Of a stretch of DNA of 64,000 nt, positions 38,487-51,205 are shown piece after piece; within the stretch, counting starts at the first letter, position 1; every line of letters begins with the position of its first letter. A program made the translations under genes and the position numbers. The notes under the pieces were generated by a model. That model searched no databases. It saw nothing but the letters and a program-made list of their open reading frames with translations, and had not been told where the DNA came from. Location of the stretch: positions 22,196,001 to 22,260,000 of the forward strand of contig NC_043008.1 of assembly GCF_006345805.1 (NCBI RefSeq), written 5' to 3'. The DNA is from Octopus sinensis. Lineage: Eukaryota.

Positions 38487-38487
38487 G

Positions 38488-38812
38488 TGAGGGCGCGTGG
38501 CTTAGTGGTTAGGGCATTCGGCTCATATCGTAAGGTTGTGAGTTCGAGTCCCGGCGCGACGCGTTGTGTCCTTGAGCAAGACCTTTATTTCACGTTGCTC
38601 CAGTCCACTCAGCTGGCAAAAATGAGTTGTACTTGTATTTCAAAGGGTCAGCCTTGTTCAACTCTCATGTCACGCTGATTATCCCCGAGAACTACGTTAA
38701 GGGTACCGTGTCTGTGGAATGCTCAGACCATTTCAACGTTAATTTCACGAGCAAGCTGTTCCGTTGATCGTATCAGCTGGGACCCTCGTCGTCTAACCGG
38801 CTGGAGTCTAAA
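38488..38812 (+). mobile_element. SINE family C, young-looking copy
   Basis: A-box TGGCTTAGTGG, B-box GAGTTCGAGTCC; CpGs retained. Confidence 0.9.
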
Positions 38813-38819
38813 GAAAGAA

Positions 38820-38900
38820 ATATATATATATATACGTGTGTGTGTGTGTGTGTGTGTGTACATATATATATATGTACATATATATAAATATATGTATACA

Positions 38901-38931
<31 letters not shown>

Positions 38932-39167
38932 TATATATATATATATTATATATATATATATGTATGTACATATATAAATATATGTATACATATATATATA
39001 TGTATATATATATATATACATATATATAAACACACACACATATATATACATACAATCCATGCTAGCATGGAGAACGGACGTTAAACGATGATGATGATGA
39101 TGATGTATATATATACACACATATATATATGTATATATATATATATGTATATATATATATGTACATA

Positions 39168-39200
<33 letters not shown>

Positions 39201-39205
39201 TATAT

Positions 39206-39241
<36 letters not shown>

Positions 39242-39310
39242 CCTTTATATATATATAGACATACACATTACACACACATATATATATATATATATGTACA
39301 ATACATATTC
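38820..39310. repeat. (TA)n-rich tract containing an isolated RTE tail (39055-39108)
   Basis: CCATGCTAGCATGGAGAACGGACGTTAAACGATGATG embedded in TA repeats. Confidence 0.9.
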
Positions 39311-39762
39311 ATATATGCATACAAACACGCATAGTAATAGTACACAAAATATTGAACGCTTATGTTATATCCATTAACCACACTTGTCTATACCCATCTA
39401 TTATATTTATGGCTATACTTATCTACTTCGGCATAAGCATCTAGCATGGCTAAGAAGCTACTTTATTATTTATTACTTTTGTTTGTTTGTTTGTTTGTTT
39501 ATTTGGCGGGGGGAGGGGTAGTGGTGGTGGGGTTTTTTTGTTTTTTTTTTGCCCTAAAAGAAAGTGAAATTGTTATTGCTAAAGTTTTGCTTCACTTGAT
39601 GCCATGTTCAACGACATGACCAATACCAAGGAATGGAAGCACCAATTAGACAGACAGAATACTAATGTGCATTCACCTCCAATGCACTTTTCATGCTTTG
39701 TACGCTTCAGTAAATAAACTTTATTACGTTGAAATATGTCTTGTTTTAGACAATCACTTCAT

Positions 39763-39765
<3 letters not shown>

Positions 39766-39805
<40 letters not shown>

Positions 39806-40355
39806 GTCTCTCTCTCCCTCTCTTTTTCTCTCACTCCTTTTTTCTTCTTCTCTCTCTCTCTTTCTCTCCTCTTTCTCTCTTTCTTCTCTCTCACGTTTTC
39901 TCTGTCTGCCTTCATCTCTTTCTATCTCTCTCCTCTCTTTCTCTTTGTCTTTCTCTCTGTCTCTCTCCATCTCTCTCCTCTCTTCTTTCTCCCTCTCCAT
40001 CTCTCTCCTCTCTTCTTTGTCTCTCTCCATCTCTCTCCTCTCTTCTTTTTCGCTCTCCATCTCTCTCTCCTCTCTTCTTTGTCTCTCTCCATCTCTCTCC
40101 TCTCTTCTTTTTCGCTCTTCATCTCTCTCCTCTCTTCTTTGTCCCTCTCCATCTCTCTCCTCTCTTCTTTGTCTCTCTCCATCTCTCTCCTCTCTTCTTT
40201 GTCTCTTTTCATTTCTTTCTTTCTCTCTATCTCTCTCTGTTTCTTTCTCTGTGTATCACTCCCTCTCTCTCTCTACCTCTTAATCTCTCTCCTTCTCTCT
40301 ACCTCTTAATCTCTCTCCCTCTCTTTATCTCTTAATCTCTCTCACTTTATCCCCT
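39766..40355. repeat. CT-rich tract with a ~30-bp minisatellite
   Basis: CTCTCTCCATCTCTCTCCTCTCTTCTTTGT units, about 9. Confidence 0.9.
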
Positions 40356-40570
40356 CCCCTCTCTCTTACCTTACATTTGGCTGTATATTTTTTTCCAATT
40401 TTACGTACAAATGAAGCCAACTTTGTTTTAGATATTTGCCCAAAAGTGCATGACAAGTAAAAAACATAAACAATGGTGGGTGGTTGAGGGGGGTGGGGTT
40501 GGAATAAATACTCTAAAGCGTACTTCACTTATCCCATTCTTACTGCATCAAATATTATCTCCACCTCTAA

Positions 40571-41010
40571 CTCTTACTACCACCACATCTCCTACCTCAA
40601 CCACTGCCCTCAATACCAACTCCACCATCAGTACCACCACATCTCCTACAACAACCACCATCCTCAATACCAGCTCCAGCTCCACCACCCCACCACCACC
40701 ACCACCACCACCACCATGTCTCCTGCCACTAGCACCACCATCAGCCCCACCAATACCACCACTACATCTCCTACCACAACCACTGCCCTCAATACCAGCT
40801 CCATCTCCAACCACCACCATCACATCTCCTGCTACTACCACCACCACCACCACCACATTTCCTACAACTACCACTGTCCTCAATACCAGCACCACCAACA
40901 CCAACACCACCACCACGTCTCCTACCACTACCACCACCCTCAATACCAGCTCCAGCTCCACCTCCACCACCACCACATCTCCTGCCACTACCACCACCAC
41001 CACCACATCC
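40571..41010. repeat. ACC-rich ~50-60-bp minisatellite
   Basis: Recurrent ACCACCACATCTCCT..CTCAATACCAGCTCC units. Confidence 0.85.
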
Positions 41011-41179
41011 CTGGTGCCAAGCAGTCTTGGCCTATGTCTTACCCTTGAACAACATCGGTGGCATGGAGAGTGGCGGCTCAAAATATAACAAGGATGGAGA
41101 TGAGGGTACAGCAGTTTCCTACCAAGCCTCAGTGGGAAGGAGTTCAAAATTTCCTCTTGTTTATCATACCTATAACATG

Positions 41180-41905
41180 AAGGTGCATGGCTCAGTGGTT
41201 AGAGCATCAGGCTCACAATCATGAAGTAGTGAGTTCATTTCCTGGACTGGACTGTGTGTTATATTCTTGAACAAGACACTTTACTTCACATTGCTCTAGC
41301 TGTAGAAATGAGTTGTGACATCCTTGGTGCCAAGCTGTCCCGGCCTATGTCTTTCCCTTGAACAACATCGGTGGCATGAAGAGCAGAGGCTGGTATGCAT
41401 GAGTGACTCTTTTCTCTTTACTCTTTTACTTGTTTCAGTCATTTGACTGCGGCCATGCTGGAGCACCGCCTTTAGTCGAGCAAATCGACTCCAGGACTTA
41501 TTCTTTGTAAGCCCAGTTCTATCGGTCTCTTTTGCCGAACCGCTAAGTGACGGGGACGTAAACACACCAGCATCGGTTGTCAAGCAATGCTAAGGGGACA
41601 AACACACACACATACATATATATATATACATATATATGACAGGCTTCTTTCAGTTTCCGTCTACCAAATCCACTCACAAGGTATTGGTCGGCCCAGGGCT
41701 ATAGCAGAAGACACTTGCCCAAGATGCCATGCAGTGGGACTGAACCTGGAACCATGTGGTTGGTTAGCAAGCTACTTACCACACAGCCACTCCTGCGCCT
41801 GTTGGTCTTCCATAAACAACCTTGCCCAGACTTGTGCCTTGGAGGGTAACTTTCTAAGGGCAATCCCATGGCCATTCATGACTGAAGGGGGTCTTTACTC
41901 TTTAC
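41180..41905 (+). mobile_element. SINE C-like variant interrupted by a minus-strand SINE A (41410-41795)
   Basis: Head GGTGCATGGCTCAGTGGTTAGAGC..CTTGAACAAGACACTTTA; sequence resumes after the nested A copy. Confidence 0.6.
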
Positions 41906-43278
41906 CTTTTTACCCATTAAATTACAATGAAGATACCAAAATTATCTATGCCTCCCACACATCAGAACTCTTGCTATTCCACTGGCAAAGACTATTTATA
42001 CTCAGAAATGAAACCAAATATATTTGCACTTTTAATTCTTGATTCAAGATATGATACGGATTTTTATTCATATGGATATAATATTTTCTGTATCATTCAC
42101 ACGTCATGTCATTTTCCACTTTCCCCCTTAACTCTCAGAATATTTTAATTTTATCTCTTTTTCATGGTGGGAGGACAGAAATAATTATTTATAGTCGAAT
42201 ATAAAACATTAGATGATAGCTGTATTTCAGTTAAAGTTTAATATCTGTGTTATATATGTGAAAAGTAATATTCTTCTTCTCCCATAATCTTATGTTAATC
42301 TCTAAGAAAAATAACAGAGAAAAGGTTCAACCAGTTATTTACGTTCTTATTTCTTCAAATTTCAATATAAATTTCAGCTTCTCTTAACAGTGTCATTAAA
42401 ATTGATTGACATATCTTCGTTAATGCATTCATCTTAAGACAGGAAATAAATTTGTTTTATTATTACGTTTTGCTCATTTGCTCTTTCCTTCTACTTTATG
42501 GAAAGGAGAATAATGTAGCTTACTTTATTATTGTTGAATCTCACATCGTGATATTTGTGTGACTACGCAAGCCTATAAGCATTTTATGTGTGTATTTGAG
42601 TCTGTCTGTGATAGTTGATATACCTCTGTGTGTATGGAGTGTGAGTAATTGTGTCTGTATGTTATAAGGTTTTGAATATTATTACGCAGAGTTGTCAAAT
42701 ATTAAATTATCTTCGCATCTTCTCATCAACAAATCAAAAAAGCTGCAAGGAAGACATGTAATAATTACCTTTTACTTAAGTAAGGAAAATGTAAATATTT
42801 ACTATGTTTAGTATGTGTGTACGTCTGTGTATATGTATATATATGTATGTTTGTGAGTATATGTGTACATATACATGCAAATATCTACACACACATGCAC
42901 TCACAGACACACACAAATACACGCACACAAACACACACACAAACAAACATAATCGAGTGCTTACATTTACTCACCAGCCAAAATATGAGTTTGCTATCGA
43001 GAGAAATGTTGTTTTAAACTACGAACTGTGTCACAAGTACAGTAGAACCGAAATGGATGAACTAGAGTATAGCTTGAACTGAAATATAAAAGTAAGACAG
43101 GAATAGAATAAGACAAATTAAGGTGTCCAAAATTTAATTATAATATAAATAGGACCACAACAAATAAATCAAATAGTGTATTAATGAAGTTGATAAGTTG
43201 CCAAATAGATTTCACTGCAGTTTTTGTTTCACTCCTCTGCATTCCTTGTTCAAATCCTGCTGAGGTCAACTTCACCTT

Positions 43279-43660
43279 TTTCCCTTCTGAGGTTGGCATG
43301 AAGGTCATCTGAAAAGTTCATAGGTTGATCAAACTCTACTCATGGAATATGACCAAATGAGGTTTATTTTTTAACATAGACCCCCTTGCAGTCCACACAC
43401 TTCCCTCCATCAGTACTTGGATCGCATAGGTGTGAAAGCTTTCATTCTGTTGGTCAAAAAAGTCACCAGCAGCAGCAGATACGATGTCATCATCACTGTG
43501 ATACTGGCTCCTGGGGAACAGATGGAGCCAAATCAGGAAAACAGGGTGGCTTATCAACCAGTTCAAGGCCACAGTCATACACAGCAGCCATTGCTACCAA
43601 GGACTCGTGTGCTGGAGCACTGTCCTGCAAAAACAAATCCTAAGGTCTACTGGCTAGGTA
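43279..43660 (-). mobile_element. mariner transposase C-terminal remnant
   Basis: LISHP..LHLFP..HSDDDIV..DFFDQQNESF...IQVL...WTA.G.. resembles the mariner HPPYSPDLAP/SDDDV region. Confidence 0.7.
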
Positions 43661-45469
43661 TGACCTTTCCAAAGGATTTTATGAAATGTTTTGTTGGTTA
43701 AAAAGGCAAATACCCCCAGTCATTTGGGGGTTTAAATTCACTGATTCCTGGTGAAATAACATTGTTCATAATAAATATTTACTTTGCATACATCACCAAT
43801 AGGTACCATATGACTTTAAAACAGAAAAATCATGTTTTATTTATGTTAGTGTTTTTTTTTTATTTCCTTGTAAAAAAAATGAAATAAAAAGGAATTAATT
43901 TTTGCTTGTTTTGGATTTTAAGTATAGTATATGAGATGCAATAAAAAGATAGCACAATAAGTCGTTATACTTTAAGCTTGCATTCATCATTAGTCAATTA
44001 AAATTTAATCATTGTCTTTATCAGTTAATAAACTGCTAATCTCTCCCAGCATCATGTCACAGAAGAGAAAGCAGAGCAAAACTGTTATGAAGAGAAATTC
44101 AAACTGAAAATTAATTGAGTATGCCAAACAAAACTCAAATTGTAAAGCTGAACAGAAATTTGGCAACACAGAAAAAAATAAATGATGAGAGATTGGAGAT
44201 CAAAGGAAGACAAGCTCAGATAAGCCTCAATGCACTCTGTAAAAAAAAAAAGAAAAATTAAGATCTGTATTTGACAAAAAAGAAACCAAGCTGAAAAAAT
44301 AGATTGTAGAACTTCGTTTCAGCTGCTATAATGTTGCACATGCAATTATTTGTGATCGCACTGTACATATTACTAATGAACAACACATCAGATTTCAAGA
44401 GTCAAAAGGCTGACACTTCATTTAGACGACTCAAATAGTCAGTGACTCGGACAGTGAATCCATATCGGAAGGAAACTTCCAACTGACATGAATGAGGAGT
44501 ATTTTGAACTGCATTAAGAACAGGTACAGCTGTGCACCTCCTCATACAAGGGATGTTGTTTCCAGTTATCCATGGAAACCCATGGGGAAACCATGGGGAG
44601 ATATCAGTTTGCTTGGTGAGATTTGGTGACAGGAAGGGTAGAAAATCTACCTCAGCAAATTCCATCTGATCCATAAAAAAACATGGAAAAGTAGACGTTA
44701 AATGATGATGATGATGATGGTGGTGATGATGATAATGTTGATGATGATGATGATGATGAGATGATGATGATGATGTTGATGATGATGACAACGATGATAA
44801 TGGTGACGACGACGATGATGATGAAGACGATTATGATGATGATAATGTTTATGATGATGATGATGATGATGACAACAATGATGATGTTTATGATGACGAT
44901 GATGATGATGATGACGACGATGATGATGATGACGACGATGATGATAATGTTTATGATGATGATGATGAGAAGGAGGAGGAGGATTAGAGAATAGTTAATT
45001 TTCTCACTTGCATGTTGCAAGTTTGTACCATGTCAGGGTCAAATGATGCATTTTAATAATTTCCAACATGGCTGTTGTGCTTAAAAAGTTTCCTTCCCAG
45101 CTATTTCATCTCTGGTTCAATCCCATTTGGACAAGTGTCTTGCACTATAAATCTGAGGTTGATGAAATAAAATCCCAGTCACGTATTGGGGTTGATGTAA
45201 TTTATTTACCCCAGACCCTGCCATTTCTTCTGACTTCATGACCTGGGTACATATGCCGTTGAGGGTGGCTTTGCCTTTCATCCCTTTTGGGCAATAATGG
45301 CTTCAAATTTTGGCACAGGGCCAGTAATTTCGGTGCAGAATTTGAGCTCAGAACATAAAGAGAGATGAAATGCTGCTAGGGAATTCCCCCACCTCACCCC
45401 AGCAGGCTAATGATTCTATCAGCTTGCCACCTTATTATTATTATTATTAATAATAATAATAATAATAAT

Positions 45470-45685
45470 AATCTTTTCTACTAAAGACACAAGGCCTAAA
45501 ATTTGTGGAAGGAGATTGGTCAATTAAATTGACCCCAGTGTTTCACTGGTACTTAATTTATTGTCCCTGAAAAGAGAAACCGCAAAGTCAACCTCGGTGG
45601 AATTTGAACTCTGAATGTAAAGACAGATGAAATGCCACTAAGCATTTCGCCTAGCGTGCTAATGATTCTGCCAGCTCACCGCCTT
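45470..45685 (-). mobile_element. SINE family B (alternative tail)
   Basis: Family B head to ..CCTTGTGTCTTTAGTAGAAAAGATTATT. Confidence 0.8.
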
Positions 45686-45715
45686 AAGAATAATAACAAC
45701 AACAACAACAATAAT

Positions 45716-45814
45716 ACTTTGGCAGTACATATACTAAAATTGGAACAATACAGAGAAGATTAGCATGGCCCTGCACAAGGATGACATGCAAATTCGTGAA
45801 GCATTCCATATTTT
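45716..45814 (+). pseudogene. U6: U6 snRNA retropseudogene, near full length
   Basis: CTTTGGCAGTACATATACTAAAATTGGAACAATACAGAGAAGATTAGCATGGCCCTGCACAAGGATGACATGCAAATTCGTGAAGCATTCCATATTTT matches metazoan U6 (ACAGAGA box, AGC triad). Differences are mainly CpG transitions. Confidence 0.95.
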
Positions 45815-46108
45815 AAAAAAATATTTGAGCGAGGTCATTGCCAGTGTCGCTGGACTGGTTCCTGTGCAAGTGGTACATAAAAACCACTATTTGAGCGTGG
45901 CCATTGCCAGTACCGCCTGACTGGCCCTCATGCCGGTGGCATGTAAAAGCACCCACTACACTCTCGAAGTGGTTAGCATTAGGAAGGGCATCCAGCTGTA
46001 GAAACTCTGCCAGATCAAGATTGGAGCCTGGTACAGCCATCTCGTTTGCCAGTCCTCAGTCAAATCGTCCAACCCATGCTAGCATGGAAAGCGGACGTTA
46101 AACGATGA
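45815..46108 (+). mobile_element. RTE 3' end directly fused to U6
   Basis: Subrepeats, core and CGGACGTTAAACGATG tail start immediately after the U6 T-tract. Confidence 0.85.
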
Positions 46109-46133
46109 ATAATAATAATAATGATAATAATAA

Positions 46134-46165
<32 letters not shown>

Positions 46166-47007
46166 ATAACAGCTATCATCATCCCCATCATTGTCATCAT
46201 TTTCATCATCATCATCATCATCACTGACATCATCATAGACACTTTACTCATTATTTATTGCTTTCGTTCATTTCAAAGTAATTACCATACAATATACTCC
46301 AAACTTTCCTGTCATAAATAATAATGGTAAAAAACGAAAACAAAAAAGCAAAATAAAGCAAAACTTTTTTGCAGGAAGTACAATTCTCGTTCGTATAACA
46401 TTTCGAAAACTTTACCAGTGATTTTTGTACAATTTTTTCTTTCCGCCCAACAAACCAGAAATTATTTCTGTCATAAATGTTTTCTTTTAACTGTTTTTCA
46501 TTTGTTATTTTATTTTTAATGAGAATAATTCTTTTGTAGAAATATTCTTCAACGATGATAACATCACATGTGATACTAAAAGAAAATGTTAAAAAATTAA
46601 AACTTGGAGTCTTTTAAGGAATCTTATTTTGTCTCTAGTTCCATTAATAATTTCTATAGAATATTGCAAATAGCTTTTGTTTGGGCAATATGTAAAGCTC
46701 CACAAGAGGGAAAGTAACATATTTATCCTCTTTTAATAGGGTACCCATGCAATAAAAAAAAATAGAAAATAAAAAAAAATTTAATTAATGGCTATTTTTC
46801 AATTTTATTTTTCTTCACGCTAAATTTAAAATTCTTCAGATGGCTGGATATTCCTTACAGCAATAAAATTTTCAACTTTTATTTTTTAATTATTTCCTAT
46901 TTTATTTCTTAAACGGTTCTTTGTTTTTGAGCACTGGATTGTCTGATGCATTCCACTGTCTATTGTTCTTTATTTTTTTCTTTCATTATTGAGAAAATAT
47001 TGAATGC

Positions 47008-47050
<43 letters not shown>

Positions 47051-47051
47051 T

Positions 47052-47551
47052 TAAGTGGAAGTGTTATCATGTACATTGTTTTGTCTTGGTATAAATGATG
47101 GGCTACAGTAAATATTCTGCTCAATACCACGGATTTGCTTGTCAGTTGTTTGACCTTAACTTGTTAACCATGTCCCTTGGTGGCTGACGATATGTGCATC
47201 TCTGACCACGAGCAGATGTAGTGGGGGAGCATCATAGCCATGTGTTGAGAGGGATTCTTAGAGGTTTGGATAATTCACTTTTGGAAACATGGGTGGTTCG
47301 TTCAACATCCTTAAACAATCCTTATTTAGGGACCTTTTGAGTGGGATGGGCTACTTGACTAGAAGAAAATTCTAACTGGGCCCCACCTGCAAGGTCATGT
47401 GCTGTTTATCTTGATATGAGATCACCATGTCGCACACATATAATTGTGATGCATGTGCTTGGTGTATCAAACGGGTAGTCATGAGTGGTATACTAGGCTT
47501 TGTATATTTTACCCCAGTGTCACTTTGATGGCATGCACTGCTCTCTCACTC

Positions 47552-47552
<1 letters not shown>
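47052..47552 (+). mobile_element. (TAA)n-flanked ORF-less element, 5'-truncated copy
   Basis: Colinear with 60391-60950; ends CTCTCTCACTC(AAT)n. Confidence 0.85.
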
Positions 47553-47598
<46 letters not shown>

Positions 47599-47875
47599 CG
47601 CTTTCTAATTTTGCCACAAGGGTAGAAATTTGTGGGGAGGGATGAGTCAATTACATCAACCCCAGTGTTTCACTGGTACTCAATTTACTGACCCCAAAAG
47701 GATGAAAGGCAAAGTTGACCTCAGCAGAATTTTAAATCAGAATGTTGTGATAGGTTGAAATACCGCTAAGCATTTTGTTCAGTGTGCTCATTTTGTCCAG
47801 CTCTTCACCTTCAATAATAATGATGATGATGCTAAGCAATTTTTCCAGCCACCTTAATAATAATAATAATAATAA

Positions 47876-47910
<35 letters not shown>

Positions 47911-48007
47911 TGGTTTCAAATTCTAGCACAAGACCTGCAATTTCAGGTGAGGAGTAAGTCGATTACATGAACCCCAGTGTTCAACCGGTACTTATTTTAT
48001 CAACCCC

Positions 48008-48152
48008 CAATATTATGCTGCAATACCAGGCGATTTGAGAGTGAAATGTAAGGAAACAGAAAAGAGTGAGAAATACCAGCCACTGCGGGACGAGATAGGA
48101 AAGTTATGGGGTATGAGGAAAGTAATTGTGATACTGGTGGTAATTGGAGCAT
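48008..48152 (+). mobile_element. R4/Dong endonuclease C-terminal fragment
   Basis: AAIPGDLRVKCKETEKSEKYQPLRDEIGKLWGMRKVIVILVVIGAL. Confidence 0.75.
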
Positions 48153-48244
48153 TAGTTGTTTGACCTTAACCAGTTGAGCACATCCCTTAGTGGCTAACAA
48201 TATGTGCATCTCTGATCATGAGCAGAAGTAATGGGGGAGCATCA

Positions 48245-48820
48245 ATGCCCTGATGCTGTACCAGGTAGTGGCTCTCATATCTTCTGATCTTAACTGATTG
48301 GACGTGTTATCATGTACATTGTTTTGTCTTGGTGTAAAAGAAGGGCTACAGCAAATATTCTGCTCAGTACCACAGATTTGGTATTTGACCTTAACCAGTC
48401 AGTTATTTTACCTTAACCAGTTGAGCGTCTCCCTTGGTAGCTGATGATATGTGCATCTCTGATCACAAGAAGAAGCGATGGGTGGGGGCATCATAGCCAT
48501 GGGTTGAGAGGAATTCTTTGGGATTTGGATAATTCACCTCTGAAAACTTGGATGTTTTGTTTATCATTCTCAAACAAAACGTATTCAGGGATCTTTTGAG
48601 CAGGACTGACTACTCAATCTGAAGAAAATTCTAACTGGGCCCCAGCTGCAAGGTCATGTGCTGTTTATCTTGATATGAGCTCACTATGTTATCACATATG
48701 GTTGCAATGCATGTGCCTACTGTACCCTTATCAGACAGGTAGTCACGATGGGTATTTTGGGCTTTGTATATTTGTACCCCAGTGTCACTTTGATGAGATG
48801 CTCTGTTTGCTTACTCAATG
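48245..48820 (+). mobile_element. (TAA)n-associated ORF-less element, diverged copy (preceded by an internal fragment at 48153-48245)
   Basis: GCCCTGATGCTGTACCAGG start; colinear with 60391-60950. Confidence 0.8.
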
Positions 48821-48859
<39 letters not shown>

Positions 48860-49484
48860 TAATAATAATAATAATGGTTTCTCATCAAGGCACAAGGTCA
48901 GGAATTTTGTTGGGAGGAGTTAGTCAAAACATCTGCCCTAGTACTTTACATTATCAACTCTAAAAGAATGAAAAGTAAAGGTGATTTCTGTGGGATTTGA
49001 ACTCAATATAACTGCTTCGAATTTAGGTACAACGCCAACAGTTTTGAAGGGAGAGGATAAGTTGGTACCATCAACATTAGTACTTGGTTGGTGCTTTATT
49101 TTATTGACCCTGGATGGATGAAAGGAAAAGTTAACCTTGGCTGGAATTGAACTCAGACTGCAAAGAACTGGAAAAAATGTCACAAAATGCTTTGTGATGT
49201 TTGTTCCAGCTCTTTATATTCTTCACTCAAATCCTCCAATGGTTTACTTTACTTTTTCTCCCTCTGTGGGTCAATAAGATAGAGTACTATTCAAGTACTT
49301 GGGGTCAATTGTATCTTTGAGATTCCCTCTAAATTGTTGATCTTATGCCTCGATTCTAAGTTCAATCCCAGGCAACGACTTGAAAGATAATATCAACAGA
49401 AAATTAACATCAGCAACATACTTTAGGAATGAGAACATTTTACTTCTTTAGTCAAATAAAGGGTTGGGTTTGAAATTCCACCAG

Positions 49485-49530
49485 ATCATCTGATAAGGAC
49501 TGGAGAGTACATCAGCCGAAACATTGTGAC
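49485..49530 (+). ncRNA. Decayed hammerhead-like motif
   Basis: AUCAU-CUGAUAA-GG(A)CUG..CAGCC-GAAA-CAUU-GUGA; G8A and stem III decay. Confidence 0.4.
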
Positions 49531-50461
49531 AACAGCAAACAAGATGAGGACATCTATCCCTCCATTGTAAATAAAGTATTTAATCTGTCTTTACCTTCTG
49601 AGATCAAAGTCCACTGAGGTTGACCTTGCCTTTCAACCTTTTGGGATCGATAAAATAAGTACCAGCTGAGTACTACTGAGGTCGATGGAACTGACTTAGC
49701 TTTTACCTGGAAATTGTGGCCTAGGGCCAAAATTTGAAACCATTATTATTACTGATAAATTAGCTGCAAGTATGGCAGTGCTGTAAGAAGTTTGCTTCCC
49801 AACCACATAGTTCCAGGTTCAATCCCATTGCATGGCTCCATAAGCAAATGTCTTCTATACAAACCCCAGGCCAACAAAAATATTGTGAGTGGATTTGGTA
49901 GACAGGAATTGAAAGAAGTCTACCACACAGGAGTGGCTATGTGGTAAATAGCTTGTTTTACCAACCACATGGTTCTGGGTTCAATCCTACTGCAGGACAC
50001 CTTCACCAAGTGTCTTCTAAAATAGCCTCAGGCTGATCAAAGCCTTGTGAGTGGATTTAGTAGACAGAAACTGAAAAGAAGTGCATGTCTTTGTGTCTGT
50101 GTTTGTGCCCTGCCACCACTTGACAACTGTTGTTGGTTTGTTTATGGCCCCTTAATCTAGCAGTTCAGTAAAAGAGTCTGGCAGAATAAGTGCCAGGCTT
50201 TCAAAAAAAACATAAGTCCTGGAGTTGATTCATTTGACTAAAATTCTTCAAGGTGGCGCTTCATCATGGCCAGAAACAGGTGAAAGACAACTGGTAAAAG
50301 AGATATGTTATGTGTCTGTAGAGGCAGACATCCATCATCATCATCAACATCATCATCATCATCTTCGTAATCATCATCATAGTCATGAACATCGTCGCGG
50401 TCATCATCATCATCATCATCATCATCACCATCGTCGTTATCATCATCTTGCAGTCATCATT

Positions 50462-50493
<32 letters not shown>

Positions 50494-50524
50494 CATCACC
50501 ATCGTCGTCATCATCATCTTGCAG

Positions 50525-50569
<45 letters not shown>

Positions 50570-50992
50570 CCACTATCATCATCGTCGTCATCATCATCAT
50601 CATCATCATCATCGTCGTTGTCGTCATCATCATCATTTAACATCTGTTAAATTATGGTGCAAAAATCAACGGAAAGTGAATTATTATGGAAGAGAAATGT
50701 GAAATATATTCTCTTTTTTTCGTTTTTTTTTCCAAAAAATACAAAATGTAAAATGAAATAAATAGATGAATAAATTAATAGGAATAAAATAAAATAACTG
50801 AAAACAAATAATAATAAATAAGTTAAAAAGGGAACCTACAGAAATCAATAGAATTTAAGTTGACATTTGTGATTTATGCAAATGTGTTATCTTAAATACA
50901 ACTGTAATTTCGTTGATATAATTAATGAGGAGTGTTATTAAAGTACATTTTTGATATATACTAGTTTAAAGTACAATATTCTACCAAATTAA

Positions 50993-51205
50993 GGCAGCGA
51001 GCTGGCAGAATCGTTAGCAGTATTTCGTCCCCTGTTATGTTCTGAGTTCAAATTCCACTGAGGTCAACTTTGGCTTTCATCCTTTTGGGGATCAATTAAA
51101 TAGGTACCAGTTACACACTGGAGTCGATGTAATCAACTTACTCCCTTTGTCCGTCCTTGTTTGTCCCCTCTATGTTTAGCCCCATGTGGGCAATTAAGAA
51201 ATAGA
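50993..51205 (+). mobile_element. SINE family B
   Basis: Family B head to tail. Confidence 0.8.

Noticed and set aside
38488-38560. tRNA-like heads of SINE families A, B and C as tRNA genes
   Set aside because: A/B boxes are present, but they continue into multi-copy SINE bodies and no complete cloverleaf was seen
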